Of a stretch of DNA of 64,000 nucleotides, positions 11,901-26,900 are shown piece by piece. Source of the DNA: Leptogorgia sarmentosa. Taxonomy: Eukaryota. Both the position numbers and the translations under genes were made by a program. The DNA lies in contig OZ210885.1 of the NCBI GenBank assembly GCA_964658305.1, positions 9,734,001 through 9,798,000 on the forward strand, written 5' to 3'. The notes beneath the pieces are model-generated. The model ran no database searches and was not told the DNA's origin. It saw nothing but the letters and a program-made list of their open reading frames with translations. Positions within the stretch are counted from its first letter, which is position 1, and each line of letters starts with the position of its first letter.

Positions 11901-14900
11901 TGCTTTACCGCAATGTGAAACAGAAATTGTGTGAAATTTTACCTAATCCTTTTCTAACCAACTAGCCAATGACTTTGTTCAATTCTTCATATTTTATGTA
12001 TGCATTTAACAGTTTAACTGCATATATTATACCTCAAATTTAAATTGTCCAATGAAAAAACAACATTTGTACCACGTGATGGTGTGATTTTTTACGGTAT
12101 TTCACTAAAATTTATGATTTCGCAATCCAGCGTGGGATACTATAATATCCCACGGCAGATCCACCGTGGGATATTATAGTATCCCACGCTCACGCGACGC
12201 GCTTAGCATAGCTAATTAGCTATGCAAAATGGCGGGCGAGCAAGACTCGGACGAAGAAATAAATGGACTTCTTGAAAACAATGATGCAAAAATGTTTTGT
12301 TCGGTATAATATATCATTTATAGACCCTCCGCTCGGGGGATTCGGCGTAATATTTCCCATCCCTCTCGCTCCGGGTCTATAAATGATAAGTATACAACCG
12401 CGTGAATAAAGCTACTGCAGAAAGTTTGACTGGTTTGCTTGAGTTCAGGAGTCTATTGAATTTTTCGTTAAACGAATAATGAAACAGCCATGCAAATTGT
12501 GGAAAATTCTGAAAGGGCTATTTAATTGTTAGCAAATATTTCAAGTTTCAACCGTTGTTAAAATGCTCGGAAAGCTATAAAATCGCAGATACGGAGCAGG
12601 CAATTGATAAAAAGTATGTTCAACGTCAAAATATTTAAGTTTTATTCGCCTTAGTGTTTTAACGCGTTGTTTTAGGAAATTCAACAAAGAGCAACAGTCT
12701 TGCTCACCATACCTAAACGAAACAGATTAAACGTTTCGATGAAACGTCCTTCCTCGTGAATTGGTGTGTTCACTAATGTAGTTATTCAGTGGATAGCGCA
12801 ATCTTACATGTGAACAACCATCTCGTTACAGGAACGTTATAAATTGTTACTGCATGAGACTTCCTCCATTAAACGAGCGGGGGAGTTGAAATTTGATTTC
12901 TTTCACCAGTTGACAGGTATTACTAGTTACGCATACAGGATTATCTCGAGCTTCATATTAATTGGACTATATCAAATGTCAATTATACATAACTATAGAT
13001 ACCGATTTTGAACAATATATATCTTGTGTCGCATCACGAATAGGTAAAGTCGTACATGACAGAACTTCAGCATTCAGTAAGTTGTTGCTTGGTCTTCCAG
13101 CAACACAAAATAGATAGTAAGTATCTTTCCCGTATAGACGACAAATTGCATGGTGGGGATTTTAGTAATGGGGATATTTTACGATCGGGTTAATTTGGTT
13201 CCAAATTTTCTAACTACAATAGAAATAAAAGATGTATTTATAGTACTCAGTTGTGTTGGTATTGGTTTTATTAACAGGCAGCAAAGAGTCTACTCACTAC
13301 CTAAATAACATAAACAGATTTTACGTTTCGAGCAAGGCCCTTCGCTGGGATCGAATATTGTGTTAAACTAATTCCCGACGAGGGCCCTTTAGCTGGAAAC
13401 GTCAAATCCGTTTGTATCCCGTCTATATGTATTGAGAAGAACTTTATTTGTTGTTAATGTTGCCATCTGCTACCTACACTAGTCACATATTCATACTTCA
13501 ATTATTATCTATCATGGGTTACGTGTACGTTGACCTGAAACCGTCATCATATAGGTCTGAATGAAGTTGATGTATAGTTTGTCTTAAATCATGCATGAGA
13601 ATCCATAACACATGGCAAATTAGTAACTTACTGAATCTGTCGAAATTTAAAGCTGTTTATGAAATTAAAAGCCAATGCTTCAATGCTCGTATCCATATAC
13701 TGATATACAAATTTATCTATTTTTAATATTAAAATATAACTTACTTCAAACAGTCATTCTTATCATGGCCAGAAATGCGCGACAGTCAGCGGCTCGGACA
13801 ACGGGCGCGTAATTGACAACAGAGCATGCGCATTACGATGAAGGACTTTGAATGGATAATTTAAATTGCAAATCCCCTGTTTACGAGGCTTTGGACCTAA
13901 ATTTTGTGCTAGAAATATGGACACGTTTGGGGCTAAAAGGAACCGCTTTCTGTGGACTTTTAAAAATTACAAATGGTTTAAACTGGTAGCGGAACTTTCA
14001 AACTTTAAAATACGATGTTGGCAACATTGAAAACTTGAAGATAAACCAGGGTAATTTTGCCACCAATTCGGGCATTACAACATAAATTATGGATTTAATA
14101 TAGCTTATTAATGGCATAGTTGGTTCGATAATTATTTTATGAGAAACCAACTCCCCGAATCCTTTGTATTATATAATTTCGTACAGGTTCACGTTGGGTT
14201 GTTTTAATCATTTCTAGATGTTGGCAAATAGGTTTATGCTCTCAATACTAATGCTATTTGTGGAAAATGCATTTTACTAGTATAATCTACTAGTAATAAA
14301 CGCCATTTTGAATAAATACGTATCAGGCTTTGCGCATGCTAAGTAGCTGACTGTCGTGCATTTCCGGCCATGGTTTTCTTATTATGTATTATATGTAAAT
14401 GTACATTTCTTTCGGTTCCGCGGTTTAAGATATGTCAGCATGAAGTCCTGGAATGGATTAAATGTGAAGTTACAGGTTTCAAAACAAAGCGCAAAACACG
14501 GATGTCGTGCAGTTTAAGCCAGTTTAAGAACACATCTGATATAGCATCAGAAAATCAAAGTTATAGTTTATGCCAATCAACCGAAATCTTCGTATTACAT
14601 TATACTGACACCTGCACGCTGATGATTTCCTCTTTGTTTCTTCATAATTATTAATGCATTTCACAAGTATATGTACCCATGTTTTGTAAAAATTGTATAC
14701 ATTCCTAATAATGAATACGCCGAGTCGAAACGTGGGACAAACAATTCAAAAAAATTCTTGTGTTTGGACGTTTCTATTGTTTTGTATTTTTATATGTACA
14801 GTATGGCTAGTAGGCTTGTGTACCATACCTTTATCGAGGACTTCGTTGAGTAATAATCCTTTGACAGCGACACGACATATTGATCATCAGCAGAGACTGC

Positions 14901-17900
14901 AACATCTTTTGCCCATTCAAGGTCACCTATTGATCAGGAAGGAAAAATAATCAATTCAGAAATTGAAGTTAACATTAAAAGGATATTTTCTGTAACAGTC
15001 ACAAATAGGTTGTGCATGATCAAGTTGGACGCGTTATTAAAATTAATGTAAAAATCTTTGCAATTTAAGGATTCATATACAATGAAAAGGAAAATCTTGA
15101 GTAGTGGATTCAATACTGTATCTAATATAACTTGATAGTAAGTTCTACTCACCAACTGAACGATAGGCAGTGAATTTGTTTTCTAACGTTTAGGTAGTAA
15201 GTAGAACTTTTGTTGCTTGTTGTGATGCTATTATATCCGGAACCTACACAGCAGTTGTCTACCAGCATTCGATATTGCCATTTTTTTATCATAGAAGATA
15301 TTTTCATCATCACAAATGGAGATGTATTTTTTACTTGTAAAAAAATGCACACATTGAGCTATCGCAAGCACCTCCATTCATATGACGTTGCATTGATAAA
15401 TAACATTGTAGCAATAAATTACGATGAACTACTAGACTACCATCCTTTAGATATTTATAGGAATTGTGAGAAAGTACATTAGAATGCGATACGATTTAGC
15501 GGATTGTGAAAGTTAAGATGCAAATTTAAATTGTAATGTAATATATAATATTGTTCCCACATGCTGGACCATTTGTCAATATTTTAAATATAGCTATATA
15601 AATTTCATAAAAAAATCTGGCTTGTATTTATTACCGATAATATAGGTGGGATTTCCAAAGAAATTAATCAATGCAAAACACGATATAGGAATATTCACGC
15701 CCTCTCACCCATTTAGCCACACCAAAATTGTGCAAATTTACACTTAGTGTTCTCTGAACACTTCGGAATTTAGGAGTGTGGTCGCATATTGAACCTTATT
15801 CTAATGGACTAGAGCATCAGGGCCGTAGCTACCGGGGGGTGTGGGGGGTGTCACACCCCCAATAATTGCGAAATCCCTATTTCAGGTAACTTTCCAATTA
15901 AAATTCAGGTAGATAATAAAGTAAATAACTTATCTAAAGACTAAAGACTAAAGTTCGTGAAGACTGATTGAGAAACAGAAAAGGTTAAAGCTGGGAAACA
16001 GTCCCTTGTGCGCATGTCTCAAATGTGTACACATTTTGTGAACATTGCCATATAATAACATTGCGTAATTCAGAAAGATGGCTGACGCAGGGGAGCGCCA
16101 AATTGCAATTGTTTTTAGCTCGCCTATATAATCACATCAGAGCAAGAAACGCGGTAAAAAGAACTTTATATCTAAAAAAGATGTATTAAAAAGTGTGCTT
16201 CTATGAATTATTTCGTGATGAAAATGTTTCAAAATCAAATATAAACCAAGTTACCTAATGCGTTATGCGTATGAATCTGCATAGTAGTATCATCCCGGGT
16301 AAACTAAACGTGAAGGATTTGTGTGGCGAAATTAAATTATACAAAGTGATATGAATTCCCCATAAGTAAGCTGTTGGTATCAAATATCATGTCGCATATA
16401 AATACAAATACAGTTAATACACATATTCAACACGCTACAGCAAAGTTGACAATGGCCGACTCGCGGCCATCTCCTTCAAGTCCAAGAGCTTCGAAGGCAA
16501 ATCCTTCAAATCCTGGTCGCCAAACTCAACAAGAAGGTCGCAAAGAATATTTCGCGAAAAGGTATGCATCGAAAGTGTTCCTGAATAATGCTATCGGTCG
16601 GTGGAATCGGTTGAAAACTGTCAACTTTGCTGTAGCGTAAAACTATTGCAATTTGGCACTCCCCTGTGTCAGCCATCTTTCTGAATTACGCAATGTTATA
16701 ATATGGCAATGTTTACAAAATGTGTACACATTTGGGACATGCGCAAAAGGGACTGTAACCCAGCTTTAAGTATCATAGAAATTTATTCAAAAGGGCAACA
16801 ATTGGCAGGAATGTTATGGATATATTGGGGTAAAAATTGACAGCTCATTAATATTCTATTTTGTGGTTGACGAAGAAAATTGACGATCCGATAAAAATGC
16901 ATGCCGGGACCTAGAGTCGCTTGGGCACAGGTGCCCCAGCGACTAATAAAAACATTTTGACTTTTGTTGTTTTATTTTGCTTTAAATTTTCTGGTAAATT
17001 GATAAAATTAGAAAATTTCAGGTAAATTATCGTTGCTCACCTCCCCCCCCCCCCCCCCCAATCGAAGGTTACTCGCAACGGCCCTGTAGAGCATAAACTA
17101 TCAAAGAATGGACTGGAAACGCACGCTGAAACTGCACAACAACAATGATACGCTTTATGTGAAACCCTGTAACTTCACATTAAATCCATTCCAAGACTTC
17201 CTGTGGACACATTTCAAATCAGAAGAGAAATGAGTGTGCATCTATCCACGGTTGAAGGCAAAAAATCACCGTTGCAATAAGTGGTGAGAAATTTTATATC
17301 TTGATATTTTGCTTGCGTTTTGTTTGTCATTGTTGTCTGTCAGTTTCAAATATTCCGTATCTCTACACTCTTCTTTATACTCCTGTAATAAACAAATAAC
17401 TTCACAGTTGCTCGTTTGTACCGTTATTATTTAATCGTTGTGATCGCTAAGCTCATGATCGTATAAGCTAAGATCGTATTTAGCGATCCATCACAATTAG
17501 TGAATAAAAATTGTATACACTCGCCAACCGTGAAGTAGCCAATCTCTATATATAGTCTTTCCATCTTAGAGAGTCCCCAAATCTCATAAAACATTTCCCT
17601 TTCGTCAATGATGCAAGTAGAGATTCGCAAAAAATAAAATTTGAACAAACGAGCCAACTGCGCATGAAGTAATTTGTTTATTATATGGATACAAGGAAGA
17701 GTGTAGAGATACTGAATATTTGATACACACAGACGACAATGACAAACACAACACGAGCGAAACATCAAAATATAAAATATCTTACTACATGAAACTAGTT
17801 GAGATTTTGTAATTACGATTGGTTATAAGAATACCAAAGGAATTCTTTTCTTTACATGCAATTATCTCAGGGAATACAAATCAAATGGCAATTAACGTAG

Positions 17901-20900
17901 GCCTAATTAATCTACGAAGGACTGCTATCCATTCAACTGTATTATTTTAACCACCGGTTTTCTGTCTTCATATCAGTGCAGAGCGTTGCAGATTAGAACG
18001 TTTCTCATTAACTATTCCGATTTGCTAATTATACATTGAGTATCTACAAGATTTTAATTTCTAGGTAAATTTGTTCTACGTAAAAATAGTAGTTTTTGAA
18101 CATGGTACAGTACTTGAAGCACAAAAATTAACAAGGTTGAGGCTAGGTTAATATGAATTTAGTAAAATGAAAATGAATTTAGTGAAATGAAATGAAAACG
18201 AGATCGTCCGCAACCTATTTATAAGAAAGCTGGCCCAAATAGACAATTTGAACTATACCTGTGACAGAAAAGCACTGTGTGTGAAGATTCCAAACTCTGA
18301 AAGTTCCATCTGTAGATGCGGAAACACATCTAGACTCATCACGAGTGATTGTAATATCTGTGACGTCACTTGAATGATCAGAGAAACTGTTTTGTTCCAT
18401 GTACGCAGCAGTTTCCAGGTTCCAAACCCTGATACTTCCATCCCTTGACGCTGTCAATACCTTCTTTTCTTTGGAAATTATTGCAGCATCGCTGAAATAT
18501 TACAAGTTGATTGTTTATTTCTAATAATAATTTGTTCTACCGAAAAAAGGCAAAGACGATCTCTGTCTGACTATTGATTGTTTAAGAAACCAATGTTATC
18601 AAAATATGCTGCATAATTTATTCATACATGATCAGGGAAATATGTCGTATTCATCGAATGTTAATGCAAATGAAAACTACATCTATGGTCACTTTATCTT
18701 TAGCAAAAATCGTTCTATTACTAAGTCGACAACAATTAAGAAGATAGATAGATAAAACCTTTATTTACATAGGCTAGTTCCGTCAGTAATAAAAATAACT
18801 GTTACCAACGGGAGCCCTATTGACATATTGTAGAGTTCAGTACGGCAGAAAATCAACGAAAGCAGCAATACAAGATAGGATAATGATAGATGTACAACAG
18901 GTAAAATTATGTTGCATTGGATGTCATACGCTGAATTTCCTACGTTTATCCCTCATTAAAATCTTTCTAAAGCCCAAGTCGTCCATTGCAAATAAGCACG
19001 ACTTTAGCCAGAAGCCAATTAGTATATTAGTGTAATAACTAGAAATTCTTATAGCGTTGTGAACAAATGGATGACTGAAAATTACTTTCATGGTGTTCAA
19101 CTTCGCTATCTTTTCAATTCATCAATAAACGATGTCAAGAAGCAGTACGTCTAAGTGTGACTGTGAAATATCGTAATAAATTAATACAATTACACAAAAC
19201 AGAATGTGTTGTATGTTAAGCTTAATGTGATGTATTGGGTCTTCGTTGTTGCCTTGCCCGCTTAACGATCCTTTCGCTAAATTAGATATAGCTGCTAGAG
19301 TGAACCCACCTGATTCTACCTTTATGACCTTCATAACAGGAAAGGCACTTTCCAGTGTGGAAACACCACAACCTCGCACTTCCTCCGCTGTCTCCAGAGA
19401 TAATATTCTTTTTATCATCGCTCACAGCGACACTGGTAACATCGGATTCATGACCCTTAAGAGTACGAATTTCTTGATATTTTTTTAAATCCCAAATTTT
19501 TATTGTCCCATCGTATGAACCAGACACAAGCATTGGATTGTTTTTTCCCGAATCTAAAACAGAAACTTCGCACTTTAGTCGAACTGGCACAAAAAAAAAC
19601 AAGGGAAAGCAAAGTACATGATATTCTAAATATATTCAATAACTAGATCGCTGACAGGAGAAATTTTCATATATGCATTCTGCAAGTCCAGGCAATGGAT
19701 TCTGCAGTAGTAGAATACCGAAAGTTTATTTTGTTGGTACCGTTAGGATATTGAAGAGAAATTGACGCAAAAAGAAATTCCAATGTGTCAGGATAAATTT
19801 GAAATACTCAAAATATGGCCGAACCGTCTTGCACGTACAATAGTCATGATCACGAATGAATTGTGCAAAGTAACATCATTCTTCCAGTTAGTTTTGCATA
19901 AGCATAATGTTAAAGCTCATTACGACCGCGAGGAGGTTATGTAATCATCCTGGTTTGTTTGTGAAAATCGAACGTCTTGCACAATTGTTTGCCATTACAC
20001 AAGGAAGAGATGATTACATTTTGGTTCAATTCGGCTGAGAATCAAGCAAAACATTTATAAAAAAAAACTTTCGTTCCTTTATTTTTTAATGCGTAATGAA
20101 GTTGATTGATATTCTGAATGTGTTGTGTGAATTAGTATATTTACGGTACCAAATTTGGGTGAAAATTTATTAAGCCCCCACCATCTACTTGCCACCTTGC
20201 CAAGAAAACATAAATATCCCCCAAGGGGCTAAATAGAGGAAATACGGTAGACTTTCTTGAAGCTGCTCGAATAGTTAATTTCGCAATACGTGTTTAATTG
20301 AATTTTATACAAAACAAATTTCCTTCTCGTTTAATAAAAATACATAGGAAATACGCAGTCGTAATCAACGTTTAATTTGGGCCGCAAAGTTCTAAAAGTT
20401 TGTTGAAGTTATTTCCTAATTTTATGATAATATAAGTGTTAAAACTAAGTTTAACTTCTGAAAAGTCTAAAAAGTTTTTTCCTGAGGAAATATTCGAGTA
20501 CCTAAATATATAATTGCTATTTCTACCTATATCAATACTATGTACTGTAAAGTTACGGAAAAGTCTAATGAAAGATCGTAAGAACTCTGCGTCGGTGCAA
20601 TTACTCAAAACCAGAGTGTAACAGTATTGACAGTACATACATTGTAGCATGTACCGCAATGGGAAATTTTCATTGCTGCATTACATTATTATTAGTTTGC
20701 ACATGTATTCATACTTATGTTTGGGAACATAACGGTGTTTAACTGCTCTTAACTGTTGCCTAACTGCTCTTTCATGTCAATGAGTAGCTGTGATAATTGA
20801 CTGATTAAATTCAATTATTATCACATTTATTCAAGCAATTGACCTACCAAGTTCTAACAGTACAGCACAATGTTTGTCACAACAATTATAAAACAGGTCA

Positions 20901-23900
20901 AACTATATCAATTTTGTCTGTTGGAATTAGAGGTTCTGAGGTCAAGATGGACAAGATAAGTCAAACGACACCTGGCTATATAGCTTGGCAATGGACAGTA
21001 TATCTAAAACAATATTACTTTACAAACAACATTCATGTTGGTTTCCATTTGTTACTTTATCTATATAATTTCATAAGTTAAAAACAAATGGTATAAAATG
21101 CTGTCATATTCTGTTGTCAGCTTGTAATTCAATTCATTCTCTGGTAATTGAATTCTATTATATATTGTAGTTCAATTCGATACGTGTGCATTAATTAGAT
21201 ACATGTGAAACGGCTAGAATTGTTCTTGGTCGATATACAGTATCCCTATGAAATGCATTTCAGAGCAGTGGCGTAGGATGGTGGGGCACTTGGAAGGAGC
21301 CCCCCCTAACTTTCACGGTTATAAGAAAAAGTGTCCTTTTAAAAAAGAAAGTGCCCTTCTTTCATGCCTAGAATTTGTACAGCTTTCTGATAGACATGAG
21401 AATTTGCCCAAATGTACTGAAATATTTTGTAGGATTCCATCATTCACTAGCTTTTATACGTTTTTTTTTCAAAATGCCGCCTTGCGGATTGCAAGTTGCA
21501 AATACAGTAATAAGTTTTCCCAACCAAAAATATCATGTCTTCTTGTTGCTAAGTTATCGAAAGTTAAAGTTGAAACTTATTTAAAGTTGCAACATTTAAT
21601 AGTAAAGATTTGGATTCTGTTCTCCCTGTGCCCCCCCCCCAAACTACAACTTGATTCGTATGCCCTTGTTTCATAGCCTGCTTCTACTTTTAGGGCAGAC
21701 TATTATTACTTACAAGAGGTCTAAACGGTAATAAAATATACAATACCCGGCCTAAATGCCAAGTCTTTTGAATCTACTTGTACAGTATCACAATTTATAC
21801 ATTAAGGTCTGCAACACAGGGTAATCAGTTGAAATATACACACACAAGCAAATTGTCTCAAAGTATATTTAGAAAGCTAGCATAGATAAATCTAATGGCC
21901 ATTTTAAAATACTCTTAGCATATACAAATACAAACAGCCTTAAAATTTGAAAGAAATCAGAAAGTCCTAAAATAGTGCTTGTACATGAAAGCACTGGCTA
22001 CCACCATACTAACAATTAAGGAAAGACATTGCTTTCTTTCTATGCATAATTTTTCATTACAATATTAGAATGCTGTTGCAAGCAGGTATTTTTGTGCAAT
22101 AATTGGGAAAATTTATTCCAAAACATGATATTCCCCTCCAATTGATTAATCATTGCTTTATTGAACCATTAAGGAAGTTTATAAATTATAATAAAGAATA
22201 ACAGGTGGGAAAATTGACTGAGCATGCGCGGGAAATCCCCACGAGACGTGCGTGTATTTTGCGGGAAGAAGAAATGTACATTTCACGAACAATCAAAACA
22301 AATCTTGTGTCGATTCTGAATGGCATACTTCTACCTACTGTTTACAGTCACAAGTTAATCTGCAATAATTAGAATTTTCTGTGAAATGTTCGTATCGTAA
22401 CGAGAATGACAATAGTTATGTCATAAAGGTTTAAATATCAGCGACAGAGCACAAATCACGGCGGAGCAAAATAACTTGTGATGAGGCGTGAGATTTCACT
22501 TCTACCGAAGGCTAAAATACAAACCCCGGGACTGTTCAAGGCCCTATTTTGACGCTTACAAGTAAAGTATCACAAGAAAATACATGAAGTGGAGAGTATT
22601 TTTAGAATGTTTCATCGTGAGGCCACCGCCAGTTTTTGAAATATCTTCATTTCATTGCCGGTTATCATTATAATTACACTGAAGCCTGACTTGAATAAAC
22701 ACAAAATTTTGAATCTCATCAAATACAAAAATATTTCATTTCCAACCAAATTATGCTAACGAAATCTAAATTAAAAGCTATATTTTTAAACTAGACCTTT
22801 CTCGAAGCAGATTTGATGATGTAAATTAACTTTTGGGTCTTTGATTCTTGGCCAGAATTTGACCACAACACGTGTGAAGCAAGTGGGTCTCAAACACTTA
22901 ACTAAAGCATCACGAGGCCCTATTTTCCTGTTGATGGGTTTGGTACCACTAAACGCCAAAGAAGTGTTTCTTTTCATTTAGCTATATTTGAAATTGAGGC
23001 CACCGGCGATTTTTACAAAAATACAGTTCAAAGTCAAGCTATTTTCACAAATTTTCAAAATTCGTCAAATTTCGCGAGCTAGTACTTCGAGTATAAATCG
23101 CACAAGTTACACTAACAAACAAATTACGGGAAATTTGAGAGATAAAAAGAATAATTTCAACTTTCATTTCATTCTCATATCACGTTTTCCTCGTTGATTA
23201 CGGTTTCAAACAAGCCACATCTCGACATTTACGGTATTTGCCACTCATTTGCTCCTATTTTAACGTCGCCATATTTACTTCTTCCACGCACTCGATTGCA
23301 AAAAAAAACCACCGCAAAACAAGGAATTTATGATCGGTTTTAAAAGATTAAGCACTAAGTTAGACATCATTTGAATAAAAAGCAAAAATTCGTCAGCTAA
23401 AACAGTCGTTTGCTAACTTTCTGCCATGTTTTGGAATGTAAACACATTGTGCCCGCGATTTTTTGGTCAGCGCCGACAAATTTCCCACCTGTTATAAAGA
23501 ATATGTTTTATCCGAATGAAATAACAAATATAATTCTAAAGAGACTCTATTGAAGTAAGATCTTCAAAATGTTATGAAATATTAACTCATACAGTATTGC
23601 ATACCTGTTGCGACAACGCATGTCACGTAATCTATATGGCCAACCAAACTGGCGTCAAAATTTAGTGTATCCGCTTTCCACAAGTTGATAGTCTCGTCAT
23701 AAAATCCAACAGTAGCAATGAACTGTCCATCTTTGGTCGTACACAGCGACTCGACTCTCTCAGGAATACTTGTTGAGAGGTTTTCTCCGGTAGATACACA
23801 ATACACTTTCAGCCCTACAACGCATGATGGATACTCGTCAGACTGATATTTCAATAATGTCTAACCCTAGACGATTTTGTGAAATGTTGTTTTTAATTGT

Positions 23901-26900
23901 GTCCCTCTCCGGCACTGAACATGCTCTGGCTGTTGCTGGCTTATGTTTTTACACTGCGTTTCACTGCGCTCTACACGACGTTTACAGTTAACCGCTGGTT
24001 TGAAGATACGCAGTCGCTGGAATCCTCAAACCAGCTGTTGCAATTATTGTTTAAATATGAACAATTTGTACTTTTGGCGAAGGTTGAGAGGTGCTACTAA
24101 AACAGACATATCTGGTTTTCCCAGGAAATCATTTTACTACAGCTACGTTGTAAAACTGCTGTTCCTGGCATAGAACACAAAAAGAATTAGTGAACATGTA
24201 CATGATCCAATCACATGATACGATGCCGTTTGTAAATTTCATAAACCCACCCTATACCATAGCCACATTGTGGTCAAATTGTATGCATTGTACAGGGCAT
24301 CCATACCAGTGGTACTGTTGGTAAAACTTGGTTACAGATCCCGAAAGTTAGAACCGTGAAGCAAGGGCCATGTATGCCAGTGGGCTTCGCTTCAAAATAA
24401 TGAAAATATACTTTCTTTTCAAATGTAGTCGAATATATACAAGTTGTAAACTGTTGTACAGTACAACAGGTTACAGGTACGAGTTCAGATAAAATGGTTG
24501 AAATGTACGACGGATTACAAACGAGCTCTCTTTCTCTCCAACACGTTTCCGAAAGTTGAAATATAAATTTTTATAAATCTTTTTTTCACTGAGTATATAC
24601 CGCACGAAATAAAGACAAACACCATTGAAATCCTAATAAAATGATCTTTCGAACGGTGGGTTGCATGGTAGTTAAAACACAACACACAAAAAAAATAAAG
24701 ATTGATCGTCGGAAACGTAAGGCATATTAGCATCTATCTGAGAAAAACAGAGTCCAATATGTTGAATTTCATGTCCTTATTTCTCCTTGAAGCCACATAG
24801 TCATGAAACCGGTGTTATGTTCTTTTTATTTTGAATATTTTGCACATATAAAAACATTTTTACAAGCTTTTTTGCAATTGTCAAAAATTTGCGCACGCGC
24901 GAAAAAAAAACAAAAAAAACACTAAAAAACACTGCATAAAAAACACTGTATTAATTAACAACCTGGCCGGGGGCCCTGGGAAGAGGTTTCTTCAGGGCCG
25001 TGGCTAAAGTTAAATTCAAATAATTTTTATTGAAACTGAAGATGCAAAAAAGTTCGAAGTTAACAAAATGTTTGATATCATTCAGTATAGCTAGCTGAAA
25101 CAATTTATCGCCTTTTAAATTGTGCTTGGATGTTGACAGTATATTAATTGTTGTATATTACAGTCAAACTTTTACTGTTGTCATTGTTTCTGCTTTATAG
25201 GAACTTATTTTAGTGCGCTTCTTTTTACGGAACGTTTTTGCCTTTTGGGTATAATTGAAGCAGAAGAGATGTTAAATAGCTATAATATGTTCAATAAGAA
25301 ATAGCAGAATTTAAATGCATATCATATGCAGAATTCTGGAGAATATTTCGTAGAGTTAGCATAGTAAAAATGTGAAGCTAAGAGGTATAATTAAGAGGCC
25401 ATCCACAACAGTTCAACCGAGGGCCGACACTGGAGATTTACGCCGCTGAATTTGCAACGTAAAACAAACATTTTGTGAACGTACTTCCAAGTATTTTTAT
25501 TTGAATAAAAATAATTATTTTAATTTAATAAAAGTATTCCAATATTGAATTTGGTACCGGCGGGGTAACATATTTCCGAAAGTATGATCATTTGCGGAGT
25601 TATTTGACAAACATAATATGAAAAGGATTTAATTTTTTCTCCAATGGCATCGTTGCTGGCGTTCCTTCAGAACCGTTAAATCGAAATTCGCGCACTTTAA
25701 TACTAACTTTTAAGCAGAGCGGAAGTCGAGAAAACGTTTATGCAAATTTTCGTTTACCTATTCTGAATGACATTTGGATATCCTTGTTTGATTTGTGTTT
25801 AAGATGCTTACCACCGTATGTTCCAATAAACACTCGCTGATCATCTGCACTGAAATCCAGAGCATTAACGTGATTCTCCCCTTGGAACACAAAAAGCTGT
25901 TCATAATTATCCATTCTCCAAAGGATTGTACTTCCGTCCCACGACCCCGACGCTAGTATTGTTCCACTTTGTGTCACAGCCAAACAGCTAACGGTGCGAG
26001 AATGTCCCAGAAGTTGTTGAACTTCTCTACCTGTTTATAAAATAAGATAGCACGTACATAAAAGGGTGTAACATTGGGAGTATTTTTCAAAACATTGCGG
26101 CGATAAAATAAATGATTGAGACAAGTAACTACATTAACTAACCCATCAGCTACACTCTGTTTACACTGCTAACTTCCATTTATACTATTACGTCCGTATA
26201 GCAACTTAAACAGCAATGTAAGCGATAGACAAACACCGAAACGATCTTCAATACTAAAAACAAAATAACTGTAATTTTGCGGAATTTACTGTGGCGTGTT
26301 TTACAGGCGTGTGTTTTCATTCGTTACTTCTTGGGATTTCATAAAAGTATGCCCTCATCTTTGTTGTGCAAGTCCATAGATATAGGTATCGAGCCAACAT
26401 GAACGCTTGGGTAAGACTCGCTACCGCTCCCTGTTGCCTCAATAACTAAAGTGGTAGAGTAACGGTCAATGCCGAACAGTTTACTGAAACTTATAATATA
26501 TTTACTAGTGTTTAAAATTTAGTGGCTGATGTTGGTGGTAGAACAGAAAGTAGATAATTGGAAAGCATGCATAAAGCTATAAGCTATGTTACTACCTGAC
26601 GTCGAAACGACGTCAAAAACAGGTCGAAAACGCAAATCGAATCGACGTTACATTTTCGACGTCGATTCAACGTTGAACTTTCGACGTCGATTCAACGTTG
26701 ACTTTTCGACGTCGATAGTACGTTAGAAAATACGACGAAGTTGCAAATTGATTAAAATTAATAAATTTTCTGTTGCAATTTGTTTTGATGATATATTTAT
26801 TTTCGAACTCAGTCAGTATCTTACATATTACATATTATATACTTTAATACACTTGATTATTTACAAACACCGAACTGTAATTAAGCGATTCCAATTTGGA

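Noticed and set aside
23815..24173. Upstream extension of the 23.6-23.8 kb WD40 exon
   Set aside because: Other acceptors lead to stops or the wrong phase; 23814 gives a continuous GTYGGLKVY
26390..26470. tRNA or tRNA-derived SINE
   Set aside because: Only an A-box-like fragment; no cloverleaf or B box
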